64,000 nt of DNA, from positions 22,523-86,522 of the forward strand of contig WELA01001462.1 of assembly GCA_009602735.1 (NCBI GenBank), given 5' to 3'. Source of the stretch: Mesotaenium endlicherianum (lineage: Eukaryota). Under the pieces are notes generated by a model. The model saw nothing but the letters and a program-made list of their open reading frames with translations, searched no databases and had not been told where the DNA came from. Every line of letters starts with the position of its first letter. The stretch's first letter is position 1. Shown here piece after piece: positions 12,380-26,402 of the stretch. The translations under genes and the position numbers were made by a program.

Positions 12380-13647
12380 TACTAATGTGACAGAGGGAGA
12401 GGCACCAGCTTTAGATGGCAAAGAAGCACCTGAAGTGACAGGTGGCAAGGATGGCGATGGGGAGGTGCCCATGGGCCGAGGAAAGCGCAACAAAAAAGCT
12501 GCTAAAGTGTATACAGATACGGACGTGGTTCATTCGAAGAAGAAGCCTGCGCCCCGAGACAGTGCATTTGACGATGCAGTGAAGAAGGCTGCGAAGCAGC
12601 CGGGGCCCGGGAAGGCTCTTGTGGGCTCGAAAGTCTGGAAGGAATTTAATGGTGTCTTGTACGAGGGCATGGTGCAGCGCTTCAGCCCCACAAGTTTCTT
12701 CTACAGGGTCAGTGTGGTGCCATGCTTGTGATGGCTTTCTTTCTGCCTTCTGATTCTCTGGAGAAAATATATTATTTCGTCCAGCCGATATATATCTTTG
12801 TCACATGAGTTGCATTGCTTCAGCTATCATCAGCGCACTCTCGAGTCTTGTGGCAACTTCTCATTGGCGGTGGAAGCGGCCAGGTGACTGACGTTGCTCT
12901 TCTGTCGTCACCGCCCGTATCATCAATCAGACTTTCCGCTGAGTACTCTTGTTGTTCTCATTGTGAATGTCCTGTTCTTTGTTGATGCCGTAATGTCTCC
13001 TTCATTGCCCCCTCAACTTGGATTAACTTGGCCCCTACGTTACTCCTTCCTCCCGCTGTGTGCAGGTCCTCTACACTGATGGGGACCTTGAGGACTTGGA
13101 CTGGGAGGAGCTGCAGACTGTCCTCTCTCCCCAAGGTACGGCCAGGCTGGCGACCGAAGCACGAGGTAATGAAGCAGAGGCTCTGACATTTGGCAAGAAT
13201 CTGACATCGCCTGAGGTACTACCGGGCACTACCGAGGGTACTATTGAGGGGAATTGCAGCAAGGGAAATAGCATCCCTCATAAGGAGGTAGCCAGAGAAG
13301 GCACCACAAGTCCTCTAGAAGGTACCAGTGGGGATGGAGGAGCTTCTGGCAAGGAAGCCGACGTTGCGGCTGCTCCTCCGCTGAAGTCCAACACTGCCGG
13401 GGAGGGCGCTTGTCCTCTAGAAGGGGCCGGTGGGGATGGTGAATCTGTTGGCAAAGAGACCATACCGCCTGGTTCTCCAGAGAAGGCCAGCAACATCAGA
13501 GAGGGCTCTAGTGCTTTAGAAGGTGCAAGTGGGGATGACAAAGCTATTGGCAAGGACGCCATCATTGCGCCTGCTCCTCCAGACGAGAACTTGGCCGCAC
13601 CAGCTGCAGATGAGAGTGTATCTCTTGAGCCTGGCAAAGGGAGTTGA
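10375..13647 (+). CDS. Putative chromatin protein with two PTM/DIR17-like Tudor domains and three AT-hooks (6 exons)
   Basis: Phase-compatible GT-AG exons at 10375-10495, 10748-10809, 11133-11249, 11381-11511, 11732-12707 and 13066-13647. Tudor-like 1: LVGRKLKKRFGRKFFKGEVKGWDQGDLWYH|IEYEDGDTEDLHWKEL. Tudor-like 2: LVGSKVWKEFNGVLYEGMVQRFSPTSFFYR|VLYTDGDLEDLDWEEL. AT-hooks: KRRGRPPK, KKRGRPSK, KKVGRPPKR. Confidence 0.8.
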
Positions 13648-15743
13648 CGATGCAAAGAAATAGTAAATGGAGATGGCCGTATAACGTAGGGCTTACATAG
13701 CTGTTAATACAGATACTAAAAGAGTAAGTTGCCAAGTGCTCTAGCTGCTAGGACTCTCTCATATCTGCAGTAGTAGTTAATCTCCACTCCCTGTTGCGTG
13801 ATGTAAAGCGCTGTAAGGAGCTCTGGCAGAAAGTAACATCAACTTAACGGTGTGTGTGTGTAAACAACTGGTCTTTATACCTCTTTTTCTTCTGGTCCGA
13901 TGTTTGGCGTTCGGTGGCGAGGGGTATCAAGGCCGACAATGAAGCAATGTCGCATATATTGACTGTAGGGGCGGGCAATTTGTATGCTACTTGTTCCTTC
14001 TTGTTACAGCTCCTCTCCGTTGCTTGGAGCCGTAGGAAGTCTTCTGGAGCTGAATTTGTCAGCAAAGTTGGGAACTGACTGCCTTTTTTTGTCGATGAAT
14101 GGAAGCACTGTAAAGCTGTGGGGAGGTTTTGGATGTGCTGATCCAAGTGTTGTGTTTCCATCGCGCACAAGAAGTACCAACAGACAGACATAAAGCCTGC
14201 GAATACCTTCTCCCTCTGATGGTTGAGTCGTCCAGGGCCAACTGCAGGATTGGCGCGGGACATGACGCCTGCTTGTCATCCGGTGCGCATGTATTAATAT
14301 ATATTCCTCCACCTACTGAAATAGTGTATCTGCCTCATAAAAGTTGCTTCCTACATAGCGCAGTCTGGACCCCTAGCAACAAACTGATCCATGTGGGGGC
14401 TAGTGATATAAACATGGGTGTCATAGGTACACGCGTGCATATGAAGTTTGCTCCTTGGTGGTTTTGTTCAAAGTATGCATAGGCTACTTTTGTGAGTCTT
14501 TGTGTGGTTCAGCTTCCAGCTCTTCTGGTCTAGGAACAGTTGCTCTAGCTGCTTAGTATTTGCTTGGACTCTTAACAAGCTTGAATGCATGACAGTCACT
14601 TTTCTGGTTATTACTGCGAATCTATAATTTAGGTGCGTTGAAGTGAGCTTCATCATATGTAACTATACTGGGAGCTGAGTAATTTACAGCAGCTCAGGGT
14701 ATTTACTGGCTGCTTTACATCTATTTTGCTTTTGCACTGACTACTATTCAACCAGCAACCACTTGTAGGTCGCGACACTTATTTGTAAGGTTACCCCAGG
14801 CTACAAGGTACGGCACTGCAAATATACAACCAGCAATACAATACTAGCTACTGATGTCTACTATGCGGATCATAATGCTTTTCTTAATTGGATTTGTGTA
14901 GCAAGTGCATTGATAGTCCTCTGAATCATCATCACTTACTTTTTACCGTTTTGGGACAAGTTATGTTTTTTTATACTTATTTTATGAATAAATCTCTTAT
15001 TTTTTTACCACTCCGTCCATTTTGGGACGGGACACGGTCTTTCAATTCAATCTGTCTCTATTTGAGGGGGCCCCCCCCCCACAGTTAGGTTGAAAGGGGC
15101 ACAGACTAACTGGATATATCTGAGAAAGAGACCTGATTTTTCTCAACAACACTATAAAAGACGTTGTTACACACTATGGTGTACCTCCGAAATACCCTCA
15201 GGGCCTGCAAATTAAGCGCGCATATAAGACTGGTGACCAATCCTTTGCGCCAGACGAAGTTGACCAATGCTTTTTCTTAACTCAGCTGAAAGTGCATTGT
15301 TTTGTATGAAGCGTGCGCGCTGTTGAGCACTATTGTGTATCATGATTCACAGGATGCAGTTCCTTTGCCCATGTGTCCTTCTATCACTCTGAGACATTCA
15401 ATAAGCTTCAAGAGTGAAGCTTGACACTTCTAGAGAAACAAGTCTGAGCTCAACACATCACTAATCCTCCCCCATTTACGTACGAGAGAAAATTCCTCAG
15501 AACCAACCTCATATTGTAATACGCAATGGTCTACTGACACAGTTGTACTTACTACGCAAATACTAACTTTTAAGTGTAATGATTGATTTGTCTACTAATG
15601 CAGCATTCATTTACTCAACGCGTGCCTAATATATAGCACTTAAGAACTTCACGAATAGCTTCTCGCTTTACGCATCATATCAAGTTCAGCATGCGTGTAT
15701 ACTGTCCAAATACCCCATCTATTGCTTTCGGAACATGGCCTTA

Positions 15744-18700
15744 CTACAATACACACGGGAAAATAGCACGCCTTTGAGCTGGATAAGCATCAAACTTCAG
15801 CTTGTACCATTTGTGCGTCTCAATAGCTGTCAATGTTAGATTGACGACCTGCAGAGGAAGGGAAAAAAATCAGATGTCAGCTGTAATTGTAGCTCACAAA
15901 GAGATGACACTTCACTGTGAACCCCCCATACTCCCAATGTCACCTCCAAACAGCCAACATCAAGCTTCCGATGAGTGTGTGCAGCCTTCCCGCGCCGTCA
16001 GTTCATCTCACACTGCCTGTTGTTTTTTGCGTGACCAGGTCTGCTAACTTCACATTGACACTTTAGGCAGCAACCGCTGCAATAAATTTATAAGCTCGTA
16101 AAATTTTCTGAAAAACATCCCATTCTACTGAAACCAGAGATTGTAACGTCAGTGGCCCCCAGGTCCAGGTGCTCACCTATCAGTGCATAATGGTGATCCT
16201 GATGAGTCAGCTCGTGAGCTTTCAAGAGGCCACCAGTAGCGGGCTAAGAGAAAAACAAAGAAAAAATAGCCTGCTGACTTACCACCCAGAGTAGAATGAG
16301 CCACATCATCAAGCTCCGCCCCCCAGTGGCAACGAGCCATCCGCAGTACAGCACCTGCCGGGAAACACATGCGTCACCAGCACGCACACGGAAACACCGC
16401 CCCCTGAAACTCAGCTCAGCTGACATAGCAACGGCACCGTTGCCACCAGACCTAACGCAAGCAGTTCACGACTAGTGCCAACGAGAGTAGCAGCTGCTGC
16501 AGCTGCAGCAGCAGCAGCAGCAGTAGCGTCCTTGCATAAGCCACGGGCGCCAGCTCCCTATGCCAGTTCTCCACTTTCATGTCCAGATGGCGCCGTGCCA
16601 AGCTTTCTGCTGCTCATACCTTCCCTACTCATGCCAGACAGTTGAGACTGTGACAGGCTCGCCAGTCACCTGCAGGAAGCAGCAAGTCTACACCGCAGAG
16701 AACATGCCCTCATTGGACTTTGGGAGTGAGCGTTGCCAGAGAGGCAAGCCAGCTGACTTCAGCCTCCTACTGGTCAATTGGCTGAGAATAAGCAAGGCGG
16801 CCGGTCTGCCCTGCAAGATGAGGAGGAAGAGGGGGAAAGGAGGGCGCGGCAATGCGTACAATCTCAGCCAGGTAGTGAGCGCACGAGACGAGCGCAAACC
16901 AGTCGCCATGTGGCACTCGGTACTGCCCCCCGCCCGCTGCTTCACCTGCTCTGCGGGGGGCTCTCAGAGCAGCCTGCAGGTTCCCCCCCCCCCAAACACA
17001 CACACACATATTGACGTTGTTCATTACATTACTGCCACATGTCACACCCTGTGCTTGCTTGCCTGAGGGCATCCAAGGACCATGCAAGCTCCTTCTGCGT
17101 GTGCGCACGCTTACCAACCACTTCAAGTGCGTGAGTCAACAGCCCAGCCAGCATGAAGGAAGTTTGGGGCCTGGTGAAAAGGAAAGGGAGCAAGCCAGAG
17201 CGACAGGTGGACAGACATGAGAGACGGGGGAAGGGAGAGCACGCAGACAGAGCTCGAGCTCACCAGAATGGAATGGCACCGCCACTGGTGCCAGCTGCCC
17301 CACACATACACAGCTGCCCCAATCACGTGCCACCACCGCACGCACCCCAGCACAGCGACAAGAGACTGTCTAGCTCTGCTCTTCTGCCGCTGTCCTGCAC
17401 AGTAGCCCGTTTGACCAAAGTCAGCCCTGGAAGTCAAACCTGACCGAAGGTCAACGCACACCCTATCATGACAAGTAGCACAATGTATTCTGCTGAGGGC
17501 TTTGGCTTGCAATTTTCACTACGAGTTGCTTATTAGGTGGCAAGAGGTACGACCCAATCGCACCACATGCCACTTTTTATGTCCTTACTATTGACCTGTC
17601 AATGCAGCTGCCATAATTACGCAATAACCAGTCAAGACTAAAATAGATGGATGCCAGCGCACCAATGTGAGGAGACAATTGCACAGAGTCACATTTCATG
17701 AATTGGAAGCAGAGTGAGTACCTGTGGGCTGTACCTGTACCAGCATGGCCAATGGGCTTCAGCCAGGTGTCCTCAAATAGCTGCCTCCCTGCTCGAACCA
17801 AGAGATCGTTCTCATGCTCCAGGTCTGCAGACCCTGTCGCTCCCACATCCTGTGTGGCCTCCTTGCTCGAACGTTGTCCTTCACGTCCACTTCCGGGCAC
17901 ATCGTGCAGAAGTTGGGCCCCCGACAAGGCGCCATGTGGCGGGCTGCCACTTGCCGCCGCTCCAGACCAGCTCAGGCTTTGAGCCTGATCTGGAGAGGCA
18001 GGAACACCATGGAGAAGAAAAGAGAGGGGCAGAGCCGTGTAGTAGCTGCAACCAGCCACAAAGCGTGACGTGTGGAAGGAGCACAGAGAAGCAGCAGAGA
18101 GGATTACATCAGGAGCTCCACGGATGGGTGCAGAATGACATCACCCACATTGTTGATCTCGCAAGTGTCCTCGCCACGCAAGGTTGGAGGGCGGATTGGG
18201 GGGGGGGGGAACAAATCCTGTGCCATGCAAGAGGTGGCCCCGCTGGGTGTCAATGAGGCAGAGGATGATGACGTGTCGCAAGCTGCGGCGCATGCCGCTT
18301 TAAAGCATCAAAAGCGGTTTCTGCAATTGAGGAGGGGGGGCTTTTGTGACTGGTGCACACCTGCAAGCTGCTTTCCCTCAATATGCACTCAAAAGTGCTC
18401 CCTCTCCTCAAGGCCAAGATTCATCAAGTACTATTAAAAATTGCCCTAAGGTAACCAATTCTAAGTGATCACGTGGTTTTTTCGTGGACGCTAAAGAATA
18501 TTTAGTCTTTAAGTGTAAGAGATGTATTTGATAACATGGTCAACAGGGAAATAAAAAGGAGAAGTGATACACCTAAGAAAAGTGAAAAAAATAGAGAATG
18601 CCATAAGCGGCAAAGAACAGCTATTCTGACCCTTTCCCACATTCGGTGACTACAAAGATTAAGCAATGCGTTTACATGTGTAGCTGCTGTCGCAACTCAC

Positions 18701-19948
18701 CTCAAACCATACAGGTACCCAAGGATGTGCATGCATGAACCAGGGCTGTATCTGGCCTTGATAGTAGCCTCGTACAGACGCCTCACTGAATGAATCTCCA
18801 GCATGCCAAGAAGCAACACCCTCTCGAAGCCCAGCACGTCACACACGCTGCCATCTGGCACAGCAATTATGAGACCAGCAGAAAGCCTCTGGTGGAGGCC
18901 ACCTGGCAGCTTCTGGTGATTGCCAGGTGGAAAGCTCGAGAGAAAGGGGAACGAGGCGGCAATGAGAAGCAGCGCGGTCCAGATTGTGGCCAGGACATAA
19001 AAGTGTGCAAAATAACTCTGGGGGACGCTCCACCGCTACACCTCAGCCATCCACAAACGAACAAAACCGACATCAGAAACACGAACAAAGAATACGAAGC
19101 TCAACCAGGCATGCAACATTCATTCCCCATCTTCACCTTTTACTAATATCCACAAGCAAGGAAGTGAAATGTGACACAAATGGTTAGAACACATGAAGTA
19201 CAAAGAGCTGATGAGATTACACTGCTAGACATCAAGAAAAAAGAAATGAAGCCCTCTCAGCAGTTGGTGCCTTAGAGCATTCAGGTTGGGCGTGTATCAG
19301 CACCCTACACAATTATTAGGTCATAAACAACGGACTACATATTGGCCACAAGCGGACCACAGCCAGGACATGTTAAAAAGGTTCATCAGACAACAAGTTC
19401 AAAGACACAAGCAGAGGATGTAGACAACAAGGAATCTTAAGTGTAGTAAAGTGCTGAACATTCAGAGCTGCAAGAAGATTTGAACCCAGAAGTGTTTATC
19501 ATACCAGGGTATCCTGACTGCTCAGACCCACTCAGACACGCTCAGAAATGATAATAACGAGATTTGAGTCGGATCACGTCATTGCACAATACACGTCTCT
19601 GGTACGTCGACCTCTTGAGAGCATCTATCATTAAGCTCGTACTTCTTAAATATCTGGTTATGTCATTATGGACTTTTGTTTCAATAACTGCAGGCACAAG
19701 CTTACCCAAATAGCTGCAAACAACCTAGCAAAGTTTCGTCTACTTTGACCAGGTTCTTGTTTGACGCTTGTGCTCCAAAGCTTCCCTCTAGCTGAGCTAA
19801 TCAACACAGCTGCACGGAACCCTGCCACATGGTGGAATGGGAGGGTAGCCGCACCAGCAGCAGCTGCAGCCAGGAACCAATAAGACTGCAATAGGGGCAC
19901 CAACCACCAGGCCGCACCCAAGAGTGATGTTTCTATAAGTCCATTCAT
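15744..19948 (-). CDS. PPRD: Polyprenol reductase (steroid 5-alpha-reductase family, SRD5A3/DFG10-like; 7 exons)
   Basis: Exons at 19948-19706, 19035-18701, 18045-~17735, ~17394-17264, 16973-16860, 16354-16283 and 15848-15744 (exon 3/4 boundaries uncertain). Family motifs: [101 protein letters not shown]. Not captured as one ORF by the ORF track. Confidence 0.9.
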
Positions 19949-21321
19949 AACATACTACCACTCTTGACTTCTAGGGCCGGTATACTTGAGCTGACCGCAT
20001 CCTGTAATCCATGACCGAAAACCACGAGCTAAACAACAGCCTGCTTCCGAACTTGTGAAAGTTAATGAGGAGATCGTTCTACATTTGTTTGATGCTCTAC
20101 GCGATAGTGTTTGTTGCAATATGTGGAGAGTACGCTGACAAGATTGACTGTTCATTCTTCAAGATGATTTTGCTGTTCAAGATCGACAACCCTCAAGATG
20201 TGTGAATGCAAAAGTTTGTACCGTCAAATTTTTCCAACCGTTTGCAATGACTTTTTGTCAGAGAAAGGGTGTACAGGAACCAACTGAGCAAAAAGGCATT
20301 GCGCGATAATGAAGCAGCGTTGTGTGTAAAAGAAAACGTAATAGCATCATAAAAGCAATCTCGTCATATAACTGAGACTGTGGATGTCATTTTGCTTCTG
20401 TTCTTGTCACATTTTCCTTTGTATGTATTAGAGCCTTCCTCACATTGTGTGGGCTTTGTTAAGAGATTGTCTTTCTGTGAGCTCGAGCTTTTGCTTTTCG
20501 TCAATTTTGTACAACCTTATTTATCTATTGTTGTGTAACATTTGTGTTGCATAGTTTATAGGTGCTGAGAAGCTCTGCAACTTGCTCCTTGTCCTTCACG
20601 TTTACTTAGGCACTCTTTGAATTCAAGCAGCCATGCGCATGCAGCATAATTCGTGTGTGCTGGACGAGGATCCTGGCTATGACCTTAGGGGACGCAATGT
20701 TATGCTTGATCCTCTTGTTTTGAGGCATATATAGCACAATGAGGCTGCCTTGATAAGTTAAAGTGAGGCAGTACTGGTTGGACAATGTTGTCGCGCATAG
20801 TAAATTTTCCTCCCGTCTAAGAAGTACTACCAATCCAACAGAAGACAAGAGACCGTTGCAGACAAAACATGAGTCATGCTTGATTTTTAGACATACCTTC
20901 CACTTGCTAGGCAAATTGTGTATTTTATATCACGCTCTCTTACACTGTTGGTGAAGTTGCGGGAGATGAAGCTTAGCATTGTCTGCTCAAGTCAGGAACA
21001 AAGTAACCGTCTATATCTTCAGCTTTGTTCCTATCTAATCACCTTTATGATGTGACTCACTCTTGTTGTAGTTAGAAGCAATCATACGTGTCTTCAAGGT
21101 CTAGAGCCATGATTGTAGCTTTAAATTCCTTTGTGACATGCTTTTCCTAGTTTGTTGACTCCAAACGCTAGACCAACCAATCTGACTTGTAGTGGCAGTA
21201 GAGTAACATAGAAAACTTCATGTAGTATCGAGATGATAATATTGAGGGAGCTGTTAGTGTACAGTAGGGTGGGGCCATAACTTGTTCTGTTCAAACATAT
21301 GTACAATGTCTACATGAATGA

Positions 21322-24300
21322 CTAAGTCGTGGACCTTGGATGGACACTCACCATCACAGCCCTCGGCTTCAAGTTTAGACCCGCACTTATCTTCAGCTCT
21401 TCAAAGCGAGGAGGTATTCGAAAAGTGAAATTTCTATACAACGCGATAAGCGCCAATTTAACCTCTTCTAGGGCAAACTTGTAGCCAAGGCACATACGGG
21501 GCCCGAGGCCAAAGGGCAGGTACACAGAAGGGTGTCGCTTCTTTGCTTCCTCTTCATCAGGGTCAAATCTTCCCGGCCGAAACTCATTTGGAGCTGGGTA
21601 AAACTGGCAGTGCCTATGAACGGCATAGACGGGGATGATGACTTCAGTCCCCCTGGGAATGAAATGGGGACCTAAAGAAGTGTCCTCCAGCGCTTCCCGT
21701 GCAATGAGCGCACCGGTAGGGAACATTCGCAAAGTCTCCTGCACGACCTGGTTGCCCTCAAATACCAGACAAAGCAACAAGGGGAAGGCCATAGTAAGTG
21801 GGCAGACGTGCTGATAACAACTGCTCCAATGATGCAAGCGCCGGGAGCAAGGATATGTCATTGATCAGAACAAATATCCCATGAGCGGCAGCAGTGACAC
21901 AATGTAGGATAGGGTGCACAAGTGACAAGCGAGTCCACCCTGAGACAGACAGCCCAGAAGCCGACGGTGGTGATGCTGCAAAGACTGCCGCTGACCTGCT
22001 CTGTGTAGGGGAACGAGGAGAGCTCATCGTATGTTGGCCTCTGCTCGACCGCCACCTGTCCCCCTTGTTCTCCCTTGGACTGGTCCACCGAGGAGGGCTC
22101 CAACAAGGCCTCGCTTTCACTATCCTGCTTTTCAAAGAACTGGTCAATCTCGGCCACTAGCCTGGCCTCTGCTTCCGGGTTTTGGGCGAGCAGGTAAATT
22201 GCAAAGGCTATTGTATTTGCTGTTGTGGCTGAGCCTGCTCCCAGGAGGCTGAACACGAGCGCCCTTATGTCAGCGCTCGTAATCGCTTGCGACGTGTTCT
22301 TCCCTTTGGCCCTGAAACACGCCGAAGCCGACAAGACGCAAGGGACAGCAAGAAGGGGCGTCAGACCAGACCTGCTGAGCCTCAATGCACAGACCCACAA
22401 TTGAAACACTAAAGAGCACGAGTGCTGGGCAACACGAGAGCCTGACTCCAAAGAGAGCCTCACAGGTTTGCCTGCCCACAGCGCAGGAGGCAAGCAAGTG
22501 TGGAGAAAAACCTCAAGATGAGAAGGAGACTACAGTAGACCTGGACTTTCCAATTCCAAGCACTATCAGGTCAGAGAGCAGGCACCAGGGTTCGCAGCAC
22601 TGGCGCTCAGAGGGCAGTGATTGGTGAGAGGGTGCCAGATGTCACCTTGTGAGGAGAGTGAGAAGGTCAATCTTGGAATCATCACCGCCTGGCTCGTTCC
22701 GTCTTTGCTCTATGATTGCCTGCATATACACACCCGCAAACCAGCAAAACATATTGTCGGCTAGCAAAACACCACTGACAATCACTAGCATCAGTTAGGT
22801 TAAACCCACAGACACGCACGCAGACACGCACACATACTCAAACATACAAGCAGAGGAAGGGAGGAAGGAAAAAAGGGAGGGAGGGAGGGAGAGAGGAGAT
22901 GATTGTGCCTCAGTAACAAGAAGACAGGGCCCGGAGAATGAGCACGCAGTCCTGTGCATCCACGTTGTGCATGATGGCGGCATCGCCTATTAAGCTTGCT
23001 AGCGGAAGTTTGTTCAAGAAGCGGGCTGGCTGTCTCTGAGCAGTGAAAAAACCCTACAACATGTCTGCATTATCTCTTAACTTAAAATTGAGAAGCTAGG
23101 GTCATGAAGCCTGAGCATGGGCACGCAGAGGCATCATTTTCCTTGCAGCTCTGGCGCCTCTTACATTGCACTCCTGGAGAATGAAGCGGAGCCGCCTCCT
23201 AATGGCATACTCGGGCGTGAATGGGATTGCGCCCAGCGTGGCTTGCAGGAAGGCGCGCAGGCGCAGGCGCGGAAAGAGCAGCGTGAGCACCGTGCTCAGC
23301 CGGATCTGGCTGGAGCTTCTCTCGTTGGCCGCATACGCCCGACCCAGCTCTGCTTTTCCCCCACCATCCTGCAACAGGTGGCAATCTCTGGTCCAGTGTC
23401 AGAGAGGGCTAGCAAAACCCCCCTAAACCCTCCCGAGACATCTGGCCAGTGCACGCGCCCAAGCGCGGACACACAACACACACACACACACACACATGAC
23501 CCGCACATGGGGACCTAGTTTTGTGTAGACACACTTCCAACCCTAGCCCTGAGCTCATTCATGGCCCAACCCCGATTCCTGATTCCCAACCAGAACCGTG
23601 CACCCCAGCCTCGGATATTTGGGCCTGACACGCACTCCACGCTCACCCGCACCCAAAGAAGTTGGCGGGTCTGGCCACATAGAACAGGCAAAGGCGCCCT
23701 TGGGCCAACTTGGGCCCAGCTTGTCAAAAGGCAACAGCAGTTGCTGATGAGAGGAGTGGCCACCCATCCCTCCAAAGATATATGCACACTATTAGCGCGA
23801 CAACGCCACCCTCGCCTCCTCCTCTCCCTAAAATCTGAACCCGCCCTCTCTCTCATAAAGTTGCAAGGTCATGTTCTTCTATCCATACAACCCCCCAGTC
23901 TTTTGGATCCCAGGAAACCCCTCACCCAGTGCATGCCTTAGCATCGTACACCGGCACATCATACAAAAGCTGCGTGAAGGAGTTAACAAGGGGTGCGTAG
24001 TGATGGGGGCAGAGGAGAGAGGCAACGCAAGCACCTGCATGCCCAAGTCGATGCCGAACGAGGCTGCGCCCATGACATCTGTTGTCATCTCCTCCAGCCA
24101 CTCCAGCACGTCCACCTGGCGCCCCGGCGTCACGCCACGCAGGCGGCCGACCAGGACGTCCAGGGAGGCGTGCATGACGTCAGCAAAGAGCCTGAGCTTG
24201 GCGGAGTGAAAGAGCGGCAGGATGGAGCTGCGCACGCCCGCCCAGTAGTCTCCCCTGCACCGCCGTCATCGCCACACACCAGGAGGAGGAGGGGAGGGTT

Positions 24301-26142
24301 GATCAACAGAGGGATTTGAATGATGGAGCGACCTTCCATTCATCACCCGCCATCTCCTTTGCACTCCCTCGAGTGGGTGAGAAGGGAGAAGGGGAGGAGC
24401 GGGGAGGGAGGGGAGGGAGAGAGAGGCGCGTTGTGGGCGAGATAATTTCAAAAAGTCAACACTTAGTCTGCACCGACAAGGCCCCAAACCTTATCCTGGG
24501 TCCTAGGTCCTAAAGCATTCAGGTTCCGTCGAGTCTCTGCATTCCGGCGTTGAGGGGCGAGAGAGGGACTATCACGCATCGTTTCAGTGGAGCAGTTATT
24601 GAGCAATTCCTTGCTATTGAGGCCGAGGATGGCCAACAAAATAACAGTCAGCCCTCTTCCCACTCCACGTCGAAGCCATGACCTTGGAGGAAAAAACGTC
24701 AGAAATGAGGAGGAGAAAAGGTCAACCAAGCAAGGTGGTGCCCTATTGGGGGTCAAAGTCACCAGCCACGAGCTAAACAGGGGTTGCTTGACAAGGTTTG
24801 AAAGAAGAGGCAAGGAAGGTGTTGTTGTGAAAGCGAAAGAGCTATTCTGGCAGAAACAAATAAGGCAGGAAAAAGCACACCTGCTGAATATGAGCCCTCG
24901 GAGGCTCTCATTGGCCAGGAAGGGCGGCAGCGGGCGGTCGTGGAACGACTTGAACTGACGGACACAGATGTCGCGAATCAAGTCGGGCTCGCACACGATC
25001 ACCACCGGACTCCGACCCATGTAGTACCTTCACTATGCACCGGCGAGACAAGGTTTTGGCAATTGGGGTTTGGATCAAGGGCTGAACTTAATAACGGGTG
25101 AAAAAATGGAGGGTCATGCGCCAGGTGAGAGGTAACAAAGGATTGGTGGAGTGTCACCTGCCGGGCCTGTAAATAGTCAGTGGGATCTGGCACAAGGTCT
25201 GCTGGCCGCCTTGGCGCTTTTCTGCCCTCTTAAGAAGTGAGTTGAGTAGGGTAACTAGCGTGCAAATTGCAGCATCTTTGCTCTACATGTAGTTTCACAC
25301 AGCAACCCCACAAAGTGTGAGGTTGAATTTACATGCACTTTGCTTCATCATACCCCCTCCGTTCAGAAGTGAAGCAAGCAAATTTAATAGTGCACCATAC
25401 ATAATGTTATTCATTATACGATTCTGAGTGCATAACAAACACCGCTGGGTAATTGCACATTGTGGTCAACAAAGCTCAGAAGAGGCAAAGAGAAGGGAGA
25501 AGAAACGAAAAAAGCTGTAGTCCGGGGGCGCAACGTCAGATTTCTTAGCTGCAAGTTGCATAACGATGAGGTCAAGACGCCCAACAACGATTTGGAATAC
25601 CATACTTTCTTATAGACAAGGTTATATTGTCCCTGCCTGTGCCCCAGGCCCCAGCTGAAAGTGAACGAAGTGATAGAAGCATCTTGAAGTTTCACCCTCA
25701 AAAGACTTGGCAAACGTCGACATCAACTCCGAGCAGCCAATGAGACAATGAGAGGAGGAGACATATATTCGTTAAACATACAAGTTTGTGAGAGGAAAGG
25801 ACTGCTCTCAAACGTCGGCTACAGCAGAAATCAAGGCCACAGGAGCTAGACCGCCAATATATGCTCTCACTATCGCTTAACTTACTTGTAAACTGTGCCA
25901 TATTTTTGTAGCCACTGAAGTTGGCAGATGTGATAGCCCTTTCGGCCGATGTCCAGCAAATTTCCAAGGAGCCAGAAAGAAGGAGGGCCAGGGAGTTCTC
26001 TGAGGGGATCACTCCGGTTCAATAATATCGCGACTGAGCTGGCAATCACAACTAAAGCAAGTAAGACCTTCAGCTCATATCCCTGTACGTTTGCATAGGA
26101 ATTACGTACAGCCGAAAAACCGATTTCCCCCCAACAATTCAT
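21322..26142 (-). CDS. Cytochrome P450, CYP711 clan (MAX1-like; 7 exons)
   Basis: N-terminal membrane anchor and LPGPP hinge; MGRSPVVIVCEPDLIRDICVRQFKSFHDR; I-helix LLGAGSATTA; ExxR (ETLR); PERF region FRPGRFDPDEEEAKKRHP; heme motif PFGLGPRMCLG. Exons at about 26142-25886, 25027-24881, 24254-24036, 23368-23166, 22719-22646, 22311-21996 and 21747-21322. Confidence 0.93.
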
Positions 26143-26318
26143 TGAGGGCCATGCAAGGACAAAAAGCACTTCACTACAATCATATTTATCCTACTTGCGG
26201 TGAACTAAGAACTTGTGGAGTGAAGAGCGACTCAATGGTGCGTATGAGCACAAATAGGGGACAATTACAAATGACAAATATTAAATAAAGAATAACATGT
26301 TTTGGCCCTCTAACATCT

Positions 26319-26390
26319 GCGCCGATAGTCTAGCGGTCAGGATATCTGCTTCCCAAGCAAATGGCCCGGGTTCGACTCCCGGTCGGCGCA
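26319..26390 (+). tRNA. trnG-CCC: tRNA-Gly (anticodon CCC), intronless
   Basis: Acceptor stem GCGCCGA/TCGGCGC plus discriminator A; D arm containing TAGCGG; anticodon loop TTCCCAA (CCC at 26352-26354); T arm CCGGG-TTCGACT-CCCGG. One C:A mismatch in the anticodon stem. Confidence 0.93.
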
Positions 26391-26402
26391 ATCGACATCT
26401 AC

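Noticed and set aside
15011..15032. Stowaway-like terminus (ctccgtccattttgggacggga)
   Set aside because: Too short, with no paired terminal repeat or TA duplication identified.
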